Assembly: GCF_028641065.1 (NCBI RefSeq)
Contig: NW_026576392.1
Coordinates: forward strand, 1-64,000
Length of the DNA stretch: 64,000 nucleotides
Direction of reading: 5' to 3'
Source: Leucoraja erinacea
Lineage: Eukaryota
Part shown: positions 1 through 11,314 of the stretch, piece after piece
How the letters are laid out: every line of letters starts with the position of its first letter
Position numbering within the stretch: position 1 is the first letter of the stretch
Made by a program: the position numbers and the translations under genes
Notes under the pieces: generated by a model
Told to the model about the DNA's origin: nothing
Seen by the model: only the letters and a program-made list of their open reading frames with translations
The model's database searches: none

Positions 1-767
1 TGAGTTCCTGATGATGCCGGTACCAAATAAGTTGTAGCTCGTTTCTGCGGTATTATAGGTGCAGTTAAAAGTCACCGACTCTCCTTCTACTACCTGTGCT
101 GACGGCAGCGATTGTGTGACGGTATCTCCATGATTGGGATCTGAAAAAATATATGGATTAGGTTTAGGCTTGTCATGCGTGCACCGAAATACGCGGAAGA
201 CCTTTGTATTACATGTCACCCAAACACATCAACTGATAATATACTTAAATACAATCAAACCAAACGCACGTTCAATAGATAGTTAAATGGAAGATGGCGA
301 GTGCAGAATAAAGTTATTATTATTGTAGCGAATCAGTTCCAGAGACAAAGGCCAATGTCGACACTGGGGTGGATATGCATCGCATAGTTCCCTTGCATAT
401 CGAGGTGAATCGAACATGGCCGCGGCTCAGTGGTAGGAAGGAACTGCAGATGCTGACTTAAACCGAAGTTAGACACGAAAAGCTGGAGTAACTCAGCGGA
501 TCTGCCAGCCTCCATTGGCAAAAGGAATAGGTGACCCAAATAAGGATCTCGACCCGAAACATTACCTATACCAATTCATTTTCTCCATGGCATATGGATG
601 GCGATTAGATAGTACCCGGCTTTCCATTTACATGTAGGGAGAGATTAGACAGGTTTCGCATTCACAATGATGGTCGACCTTTCGTCGGAGCAAGTAGCCG
701 GATTAATTGTTGCGACTTTACCTATCAGGCATGCTCCCCACACAATCCAAATGGCAAGTACGCGCAT
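1..767 (-). CDS. TCR alpha/delta V gene, family A (A0), truncated by window start; leader 767-722, V exon from 140
   Basis: Leader MRVLAIWIVWGACLI-G with GTAAAG donor; ttttcAG acceptor then DPNHGDTVTQSLPSAQVVEGESVTFNCTYNTAETSYNL; apparent -1/+1 indel pair around the WYR codons in the first 30 nt. Confidence 0.85.
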
Positions 768-2379
768 TTTCCCTGTGAAAGGCTCTTTGTGAACTTCCTT
801 CCTCGACCTGGTGCTGTGCGGCTTTCGGATGTTCTCGCCTCTCCTGCTGGTGCTGGTGGCGCTGGGGTAAAGGTGAGCGGGAAGCGGCTGACTTCCGCCT
901 ACCTCAACTTCCTCCCTCCTTGGGACTCGGTCAGCGTTCTTTCAGGTTCGGCATGTAGTGACTGGGTGGGGGAAGGAAACGTCTTCGTCGCTGTAACAGG
1001 GGAAACTCGGCTCGGCTTTTGGGAGGAACTCCATGGTATCATAATGTAAAGGAACTATGAGGAGCGGGTCAATGCGGGATTTATAGGTTACGTTGATTGC
1101 CTGGCGAAATGTACTTTCTGTTTAAATTTAATTCCGAGTTAGAAATGACCCCCATTCCCACATCGAACCGCAAGGAACGGATTCGATGCGAGATAGATGC
1201 AAGTTAGGATGCGAGGCCACCTTTAGAGTATTGCGTTCCGTTTTGGGCACGTGTCATATGAAAGATGTTGTCCAGCAGGGAAGGGTGCAGAGAAAACGTG
1301 CGATGATGTTGCCAGCACCCAAGGGACTGAGTTTGATTCGTGTAGTTCAGAGATACAGCGCGGAAACTGGCCCTTCGGCCCCACTGTGTCCACACCTACC
1401 AGTGATCCCCGCACATCAACAATACCCTACACACACTAGGGACAGTTTTACGTTGATCAAGTCAAGTCAAGGCAACTTCTATAGCACATTTAATAACAAC
1501 TCTCGTTGTGCAAAGTGCTTTATATTAGTGCAGGTTCTAAACGTGCTACAAACAGTTGTACATAGATCAACAATACACACATAAGTACATACATACAGCG
1601 CTCTCACAGAGGATCTCAAGAAAGGCTTGAGAGTAGAATTACGTTTTCGGTCTAGGCTTAAAAGAGTTGATGGAGGGGGCTGTTCTGATGGGAAGAGGGA
1701 TGCTGTTCCATAGTCTGGGTGTTTATAACAAGCCAATTAACCTACAAACATGTACGTCTTTGGATTGTGGGCGAAACCCCAAGATCTCGGAGAAAGCCCT
1801 CGCAAGTCACGACGAGAGCGTACAAACTGTACATACAAGCACCCGTAGTCGGGATACCCGTGTCTCTGGCGCAGTGAGGAAGTAGCTATACCGTTACGTC
1901 ACCGTGCCGCCGTGCCACTGTGCTACATGGTGAGGATGAGGTGGCTAGGACTATTCCATGATGCGCAGGGGGGTGAAGGGTGTCCAAAATCGTGAGAGGA
2001 GTAGATCTGGTAAATGCACAGAGTCACTTGCCCCGTATAGGGGAATAGAGAACCAGTGGAAACAGTTTGATTCTGTGTGTGTGTGTGTGTGTGTGTATGG
2101 TGGGGCTTTAATATGAACCATTGTCTGTACACAGTTTGTACGCTCTCCCCGCGCCTTGCGTGGGTTTTCTCCGAGATCTTGGTTTTCCGCCCACACTCCA
2201 AAGGCGTCCATGTTTGTAGATTAATTGACTTATTATCAATGTAAAATTGTCCCTAGTTTGGGTATTGTTAATGTGCGGGGATCACTGGTAGGTGCGGACT
2301 CGGTAGGCCGAAGGGCCCGTTTCCGCGCTCTATCTCTGAACTACACTAAACAAAACTCATTCCCTTGGGTGCTGGCAAC

Positions 2380-2383
<4 letters not shown>

Positions 2384-2424
<41 letters not shown>

Positions 2425-2716
2425 CCTTTATTGTCATCTTGCAAGGAACAGTTGTAAAGTGCAAAATTAAAAGACGTTTTTCCCAGGGAATAGCGGCGCA
2501 TCGCACATGAAATTTAAAACATTTCACACACAGTAACACGAAAAACAATCCAGTCCCTGATGGAACAGTATAAATAGTTAAAAGCAGGTAAACCACAACG
2601 TTAAAATACAATAAACCAATCATAAAAATGTCTGGGGCAGCTGATTTGAGTGGCCAGTGCCAGTTGTTAAAGTGTCCGTGCCAGCCGCAGAATCAAGTGA
2701 CTGTGAGTACAGAGTG
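2384..2716 (-). mobile_element. Retroposon 3' fragment with (ATTG)n tail (also ~16145-16498 and, inverted, ~22051-22337)
   Basis: (TCAA)n run plus AATAAA on minus strand; ATCA duplication; empty site ggcaacatcatcccaag in other units. Confidence 0.7.
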
Positions 2717-3245
2717 ATCATCCCAAGTTTGCTCGACATCCCTTCCTGCTTAACAACATGTTTCATATGACAAGTGCCCAAAACGGAACGCAATACTCTA
2801 AAGGTGGCCTCGCATCCTAACTTGCATCTCTCTCGCATTGAATCCGTTCCCTGCGGTTCGATGTTGGAATGGGGACAATTTCTAACTCGGAGATAAATTT
2901 AAACGGAAGGTACATTTCGCCAGGCCATCAACGTAACATATCAACCCATCATTGACCCGCACCTCACAGTTCCTTTACATTATGATACCTCACAAAAGCC
3001 GAGCCGAGTTTCCCCTGTTACAGCGATGACGACGTTTCCTCCCCCCACCCAGTCACTACTTACCTAGCCTGAAAGAACGCTGACCGAGTCCCAACTGGGG
3101 AGGAATTTGGGGTGGGCGGAAGTCAGTCACTTCCCGCCACCGTTGCCACAGCGCCACCAGCAGCAGCAGGAGAGGTGAGAACATCCGAAAGCCGCACAGC
3201 ACCAGATCGAGGAGAGAATTTCACAGAGAGTTTTTCACAGGGAAA

Positions 3246-4177
3246 TTGCGCGTATTTGCCATTTGGATTGTGTGGGGAGCATGCCTGATAGGTAAAGTCG
3301 CAGCAGTTAATCCGGCTACTTGCTCCGTCGAAAGGTCGACCACCATTGTGAATGAGAACCGGTCTAATATTTCCCTATATGTAAATGGAAAGCCGGGTAC
3401 TATCTAATCGCCATCCATATGCCATGGAGAAAATTAATTGGTATAGGTAATGTTTCGTGTCGAGACACTTCTTCTAGTCACCTATTCCTATTTTCAAGAG
3501 AGGCTGACTGTCCTGCTGAATTACTCCAGATTTTTGTGTCTAACTTCGGTTTAAGTCAGCATCTGCAGTTCCTTAATACCTCTCAGCCGCGGCCAGGTTC
3601 GATTTACCTCGATATGCAAGCGACCTATGCGATGCATATCTACCCCAGTGTCGACATTGGCCTTTGTCTCTGGAACTGATTCGCTACAATAAAAATAACT
3701 TTATTCAGCACTCGCTATCTTCCCTTTATCTATATATTGAACGTACGTTTGATTTGATTGTATTAAAGTATATTGTCAGTTGATGTGTTTGGGTGACTTG
3801 TAACACTAAGGTCTTACGCGTATTCCGGTGCACGTATGACAAACCTAAACTTTATCCATATATCTTTCAGATCCCAATCATGGAGATACCGTCACACAAT
3901 CGCTGCCGTCAGCACAGAAGGTAGAAGGAGAGTCGGTGACTTTCAGCTGCACTTATGATACCGAAGCAACGAGCTACGTCTTACTTTGTTACCGGCATCA
4001 TCAGGACTCAAGGCCCGAGTTCATACTGTGGAAAGATTCAAGTGGAACAGAGAAGAATGCAGATTTTGTAGGCGCTCGCTTCTCTGCCCAGCTCCAGACC
4101 GATAGAAAATTCGTCAGTTTAACCCTTTCGGGGCTGGAGCTGAGCGACTCTGCAATTTATTACTGCGCCCTGAGCCT
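3246..4177 (+). pseudogene. TCR alpha/delta V, family A (A1), probably non-functional; leader 3246-3291, V exon 3871-4177
   Basis: Start codon reads TTG (ggaaaTTGcgc vs ggaaaATGcgc in paralogues); conserved Trp replaced by Cys (LLCYRHH); open frame to YYCALS. Confidence 0.85.
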
Positions 4178-4216
4178 CACAGTGATGGAAACCAGTGAAA
4201 CCTTCCTACAAAAACA
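4178..4216 (+). other. 23-RSS of A1
   Basis: CACAGTG + 23 nt + ACAAAAACA. Confidence 0.95.
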
Positions 4217-6031
4217 TCTACTTGTGCTTTGCCTGCTGCAGCTTGATACGTCTGCATCGCGCTTGCTGGTTGTGGATTCCCGCCGCCTGAGAATTCTTCC
4301 CCACTCACTCAGTTTCTCTCGAGGGCGGCTTGCCGTGTCATCGGTGCAGCTAAAACCCACCGACTCCCTTTCTGTCCTCCGTGCTGAGAGCGGCATATGT
4401 GTGAACAGAATCGCCATGTCTGGTGTCTGGAAAACACATGGATTGGGTTTAGATTTATAATGGCCAGAGATATTGTGATGAACTATGCTTTGCATTCCAT
4501 ATATTTTACAATGTCTGGCAGACGCCGCTGAGATCCTCCAACACATAATTTTAGATTTGCTGATCATTCCAGCATCTCTAGGCATACGTGACTTGTTTTT
4601 AAGAATGGACTGGAAGGCTGTTCTGGTAGAATGGGTAAGATATACGGAATAAACGCTTAGCACGAACCTAATTCCTACCATAGGAAGCGAACCAAGCACG
4701 ATGGAAATTATCTTTATTTCAAATAAAAACACGTTGCTACAAAAAAATGTGTTCGTTAAAGTGGATATCTTTCTGGAAAATGCTGTCGTGTCTTAAAATG
4801 TTCGAATGTTATTGATCTGCCTGAACTCAGCTGCGAAAATAAGTGATCGGCAGAATAACCTTGTATTTAATTGTTATAGAGGGAATGGATGGTCATCGAA
4901 GTGTACACAGGCGTGGATCCCGGTTAGTTGGACAATCGGGTAACTACACTGCAGCTTCTTTCCCAAATACTCCGACTAATAACAGATCTACAGAGTCGAA
5001 CTTGGGGGGCACTGCTACTGTTGGACCTACGGTATATTTTATCTGAATACAGTAATCAGTGAGGCAAACCTTGGGGTGAAACACGTCGGGTGAATATCGG
5101 TAACAATAATGTTCTAAGAGAATGCCAAAGATAGGCTTCAAGTCGCCAAAGATTTCCACAACGGCGCTCGCTCTTCAAAATAACAGTGACAAGAATGTGT
5201 CAATTAATTCAATGAATTATCTTACAACATACATACAACTAATCCCACTGATAATAATATTGTAGCAATCGAGCTTGGGGATGAAAGGGGATAAGGGTCA
5301 AGGCACGAGTAGGGGCGATATGTGGGAAAGGCCTGTGTAAAATGGCAAAGAGATGTTAAGAGAAAGGCATGGAATCCGAGATTGAGATGAAGATTTGAAC
5401 GACAAGACGCTCCTCTACTTTAACAACCATATGTCACATTTCAAATCGCTGCAAGTTATCTTGTTGGTTGTTCATCTCCAAATTCAATGAGTTCGCTTCA
5501 TCAAACATTTACCAGATCACAGTTTATTCAATGAGGAGAAGGCTATTTTGTTGTTTTGAAGGGTTTTTTTAGCGTGTGGAAATCGCTTTTGACTTGGTGA
5601 CTATCTTTATTATTCTCCGCGAAAATGCGTTGTGTTCATTTACCAACATTCAAGGTGCTCTTCCAAACCGCAAAGCATTCGCGTGAATTATTTTTCCTGC
5701 CCACCATTCCAACCCAACACAACCAAATTAAATTCCGGGCGGCCACGGTGGCGCAGCAGCAGAGTTGCTGCCTTACAGCACTTGCAGCGCGGGAGACACG
5801 GGATCGATCCCGTCTACGGGTGCTCTCTGTGCGGAGTGCGTAGGTTCTCGCCGTGACCTCGTGGGTCTTCTCCGAGATCCTGCTGACTCGATGTACTGCT
5901 CTCAGCTGCAATGAGCTACATTGCGTTCCCCAATCGAGCCGAATATCGCCAATGTAGGGAACACACAGATTTCAATTTCGTTATCATTCATAATCGCACT
6001 AATTTTTCTGTTTGAATGTCAAGTTGTTGCA

Positions 6032-6032
<1 letters not shown>

Positions 6033-6081
<49 letters not shown>
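6033..6081. repeat. Poly-C tract (49 nt)
   Basis: Homopolymer run. Confidence 0.9.
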
Positions 6082-6761
6082 AGCTAACAATGATATTAGA
6101 CATTTCCCGGACCTGCGTCCGTTTTAATCTCTCTTTAATCTCTCGTTTTCACACCCTACCGTTCCATATCTCTAGTCTCCCTCTCTCCTGAATCTCGGTC
6201 TTGACCCGAAACGTCACCCATCTTCTCTCCGGATATGCCTTCTGTCCCACCTGCATTTTGTGTCTATCTTCGGCAGGGTACTGCAGGATTTAACTCCATA
6301 AAGTAGAGTACAGGCCGGTGCACATCGACCCCATTGTGGACATTGGGATTTGATTCTGGAATTGATGCGCTACATTGTGGAGAACTTTGTTCTGCACTCT
6401 GTATCTTTCCCTTTGCTCTATCTATTGCACTTCGGTTTGAATGGGTTGTATTTATGGATCGTTTTCTGATCTGCCAGCTAGTATGTAAAGCATAGTTCAT
6501 CACTTTATCTCTGGCCATTATAAATCTACACCCAATCCATGTGATCTCCAGACACCAGACATGGCGATTCTGTTCACACAGATGCCGCGCTCAGCACGGA
6601 GCACAGAAAGGGAGTCGGTGGGTTTCAGCTGCGCCAATGACACCGCAAGCCGCCCTCGAGAGAAACTGAGTGAGTTGGGAAGAATTCTCAGACGGCGGGA
6701 AACTACAACCAGCAAGCGCGGTGCAGACGTATCTCACTGCAGCAGGCAAAGCAGAACCTGA

Positions 6762-6800
6762 TGTTTTTGTATGAAGGTTTCACTGGTTTCCATCACTGTG
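6762..6800 (-). other. 23-RSS of A2
   Basis: CACAGTG + 23 nt + ACAAAAACA on minus strand. Confidence 0.95.
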
Positions 6801-7731
6801 AGGCTAAAGGCGCAGTAATAAACTGCAGAGTCGATCAGCTCCAGCCCGGATAGGGTTAAACTGACTAATTTTCTATCGGTCTGGAGCTGGGCAGAGAAGC
6901 GATCGCCTGCAAAATCGGCTTTATCCTCGTTTCCTCCTGAATGTTTATACAGTATGAACTCGGGCCTTGAGTCCTGATGATGCCGGTACCAAAATAAGAA
7001 GTAGCGCGTTTCTGCGGTATCATAGGAGCAGCTGAAAGTCACCGACTCTCCCTCTACCTTCTGTGCTGACGGCAGCGATTGTGTGACGGTATCTCCATGA
7101 TTGGGATCTGAAAAAATATTTGGATTAGGTTTAGGTTTGTCATGCGTGCCCCGAAATACGCGGAAGACCTTTGTATTACATGTCACCCAAACACATGAAC
7201 TGATAATATACTTAAATACAATCAAATCAAACGCACGTGCAATAGGTAGTTAAATGGCAGATGGCGAGTGCAGAATAAATTTCATATTATTGTAGCGAAT
7301 CCGTTCCAGAGACAAAGGCCAATGTCGACACTGGGGTAGATATGCATCGCATAGTTCCCTTGCATATCGAGGTGAATCGAACATTGCCGCGGCTGAGAGG
7401 TAGGAAGGAACTGCAGATGCTGACTTAAACCGAAGTTAGACACAAGCTGGAGTAACTAAGCGGGTCTGCCAGCCTCCCTTGGCAAAAGGAATAGGTGACC
7501 CAAAGAAGGATCTCGACCCGAAACATTACCTATACCAATTCATTTTCTCCATGCCATATGGATGGCGATTAGATAGTACCCGGCTTTCCATTTACATGTA
7601 GGGAAAGATTAGACCGGTTTCGCATTCACAATGATGGTCGACCTTTCGTCGGAGCAAGTAGCCGGATTAACTGTTGCGACTTTACCTATCAGGCATGCTC
7701 CCCACACAATCCAAATGGCAAGTACGCGCAT
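6801..7731 (-). CDS. TCR alpha/delta V gene, family A (A2), intact; leader 7731-7686, V exon 7107-6801
   Basis: 46-nt leader, GT/AG sites, C..WYRH..DSAVYYCAFS V domain. Confidence 0.93.
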
Positions 7732-9889
7732 TTTCCCTGTGAAAAACCCTTTGTGAAATTCTCTCCTCGATCTGGTGCTGTGCGGCTTTCGGATGTTCTC
7801 GTCTCTCCTGCTGGTGCTGGTGGCGCTGTGGTAAAGGTGGGCGGGAAGCGGCAGACTTCCGCCTACCTCAACTTCCTCCCCAGTTGGGACTCGGTCAGCG
7901 TTCTTTCAGGTTAGGCATGTAGTGACTGGGTGGGGGAAGGAAACGTCTTCATCGCTGTAACAGGGGAAACTCGGCTCGGCTTTTGTGAGGAACTCTAAGG
8001 TATCATAATGTAAAGGAACTATGAGGAGCGGGTCAATGCGGGATTTATAGGTTACGTTGATTGCCTGGTGAAATGTACTTTCTGTTTAAATTTTATTCCG
8101 AGTTAGAAATGACCCCCATTCCCACATCGAACCGTAAGGAACGGATTCGATGCGAGATAGATGCAAGTTAGGATGCGAGGCCACCTTTAGAGTATTGCGT
8201 TACTTTTGCGCACTTGTCATATGAAAGATGTTGTCCAGCAGGGAAGGGTGCAGAGAAAACGTGCGATGATGTTACCAGCACCCAATGGACTGTGTTTGAT
8301 TCGTGTAGTTCAGAGATACAGCGCGGAAACAGGCCCTTCGGCCCCACTGTGTCCGCACCTACCAGTGACCCCCGAACATCAACAATACCCTACACACACT
8401 AGGGACAGTTTTACATTGATCAAGTCAAGTCAAGTCAATTTTATTTCTATAGCACATTTAAAAACGGCTTTCGTTGTGCAAAGTGCTTTACATTAGTGCA
8501 GGTACTAAACGTGCTACAAACAGTTGTACATAGATCAACAATACATACATAAGTACATACATACATACAGCGCTCTCACAGAGGACCTCAAGAAAGGCTT
8601 GAGAGTAGAAATACGTTTTCAGTCTAGGCTTAAAATAGTTGATGGAGGGGGCTGTTCTGATGGGAAGAGGGATGCTGTTCCATTGTGTTGGTATTTATAA
8701 CAAGCCACTTAACCTACAGACATGTACGTCTTTGGATTGTGGGCGAAACCCCAAGATCTCGGAGAAAACCCTCGCAAGTCACGGGGAGAGCGTACATATT
8801 GTACATACAAGCACCCGTAGTCAGGATCCCCGTGTCTCTGGCGCAGTAAGGAAGTAGCTATACCGTTACGTCACCGTGCCGCCGTGCCACCGAGCTACAT
8901 GGCGAGGATGAGGTGGCTAGGACTATTCCATGATGCGCAGGGGGGGTGAAGGGTGTCCAAAATCGTGAGAGGCGTAGATCTGGTAAACGCACAGAGTCAC
9001 TTGCCCCGTATAGGGAAATAGAGAACCAGTGGAAACAGTTTGATTTTGTGTGTGTGTGTGTGTGTGTGTGTGGTGGGGCATTAATATGAACCATTGTCTG
9101 TACACAGTTTGTACGCCCTCCCCGCGCCTAGCGTGGGTTTTCTCCGAGATCTTGGGTTTCCGCCCACACTCCAAAGGCGTCCATGTTTGTAGGTTAATTG
9201 GCTTGCTATCAATGTAAAATTGTCCCTAGTGTGTGTAGGGTATTGTTGATGTGCGGGGATCAATGGTAGGTGCGGACTCGGTGGGTCGAAGGATCCGTTT
9301 CCGGCCTCTATCTCTGAACTACATTAAACAAAACTCAGTCTTTTGGGTGCTGGCAACATCATCCCAAGTATTCTCTGCACCCTTTCCTGCCTGACGACAT
9401 GTTTCATATGATAAATGCCCAAAGCGGAACGCAATACTCTAAAGGTGGCCTCGCATCCTAACTTGCATCTATCTCGCATTGAATCCGTTCCTTGCGGTTC
9501 GATGTGGGAATGGGGATAATTTCTAACTCGGAGATAAATGTAAACAGAAAGTACATTTCGCCAGGCCATCAACGTGACCGATAATTCCCGCATTGACCCG
9601 CTCCTCATAGTTGCTTTACATTATGATACATTTGAGTTCCTCACAAAAGCAGATCCGAGTTTCCCCTGTTACAGCGTTGAAGACGATTCCACCCCTAACC
9701 CAGTCACTACATGCCTAACCTGAAAGAACGCTGACCGAGTCCCAACTGGGGAGGAGGTTGAGGTAGGCGGAAGTCACTCACTTCCCGCCCACCGTTACCA
9801 CAGCGCCACGCAGGAGAGGCGAGAACATCCGAAAGCCGCACAGCACCAGATCGAGGAGAGAATTTCACAGAGAGTTTTTCACAGGGAAA

Positions 9890-10386
9890 ATGCGCGTATT
9901 TGCCATTTGGATTGGGTGGGGAGCATGCCTGATAGGTAAAGTCGCAACAGTCAATCCGGCTACTTGCTCCGATGAAAGGTCGACCATCATTGTGAATGCG
10001 AAACCTGTCTAATCTTTCCCTACATGTAAATGGAAAGCCGGGTACTATCTAATCGCCATCCATATGCCATGGTGAAAATGAATTGGAACAGGTAATGTTT
10101 CGGGTCGAGATCCTTCTTCAGGTCACCTATTCCTTTTGTCAAGAGAGGCTGGCAGACCCGCTGAGTTACTCCAGCTTGTTGTGTCTAACTTCGGTTTAAG
10201 TCAGCATCTGCACAGTTGCTTACTACCTCTCAGCCGCGGCCATGTTCGATTCACCTCGATATGCAAAGGAACTATGCGATGCATATCCACCCCAGTGTCG
10301 ACATTGGCCTTTGTCTCTGGAACTGATTCGCTACAATAATAATAACTTTATTCTGCACTCGCTATCTTCCCTTTATCTATCTATTG
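9890..10386 (+). pseudogene. Family A V relic (A3): leader exon 9890-9935 and partial intron; V exon and RSS missing
   Basis: Leader MRVFAIWIGWGACLI-G/GTAAAG; intron homology stops at 10386 where a LINE fragment begins. Confidence 0.88.
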
Positions 10387-11314
10387 GGCGAACAGGGATG
10401 AACAATTTTTGTAGTTCATCCATGCAGTCTTTAAATGCCTTCCATTGCATATCCACCGTCAACCCTTTTAGAATTAATTACCAGTCAATCTTGGCCAATT
10501 CACGTCTCATACCCTCAAAGTTACCTTTCTTTAAGTTCAAAACCATTGTTTCTGAATTAACAATGTCACTCTCTATCCTAATGAAGAACTCAACCATATT
10601 ATGGTCACTCTTGCCCAAGGGGCCACGCACAACAAGACTACTAACTAACCCTTCCTCATTACTCAATACACAGTCTAAAATAGCCAGCTCTCTCGTTGGT
10701 TCCTCTACATGTTGATTTAGATAACTATCCCGCATACATTCCAAGAAATCCTCTTCCTCAGCACCCCTGCCAGTTTGATTCAACCAATCTATATGTAGAT
10801 TGAAGTCACCCATTATAACTGCTTTGCCTTTGTCGCAAGCATTTCTAATTTCCTGTTTGATACCATCTCCAACTTCACTACTACTGTTAGGTGGCCTGTA
10901 CACAACACCCACCAGCGTTTTCTGCCCCTTATTGTTTCGCAGCTCTTCCCATACCGATTCCACATCCTCCAAACTAATGTCCTTCCTTTCCATTGCGTTA
11001 ATCTCCTCTCTAACCAGCAACACTACCCCACCTCCTTTTCCTTTCTCTCTATCCCTCCTGAATATTGAATATCCCTGGATGTTCAGCTCCCAGCCTTGGT
11101 CACCCTGGAGCCATGTCTCCGTGATCCCAACTATATCATAATCATTAATGGCTATCTGCACGTTCAACTCATCCACCTTGTTGCGAATACTCCTTGCATT
11201 GAGACACAAAGCCTTCAGGCTTGTTTTTACAACGCTTTTACCCCTTATACAATTATGTTGAAAAGTGGCCCTTTTTGATGTTTGCCCTGGTTTTGTCTGC
11301 CTGCCACTTTTACA
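10387..11314 (-). mobile_element. CR1-like non-LTR retrotransposon fragment, APE endonuclease region of ORF2
   Basis: ORF 10478-11410 has LNARS, GITETWL, GGGV, VVYRPP, MGDFN, LD, SDH motifs of the exonuclease-endonuclease-phosphatase domain. Confidence 0.9.

Noticed and set aside
1186-1584. Recurrent ORFs such as MRDRCKLGCEATFRVLRS, MMEGAVLMGRG, MLVVVSRRLRIL
   Set aside because: They recur only because the DNA is duplicated; lengths and frames vary between copies and they overlap decayed LINE/SINE sequence
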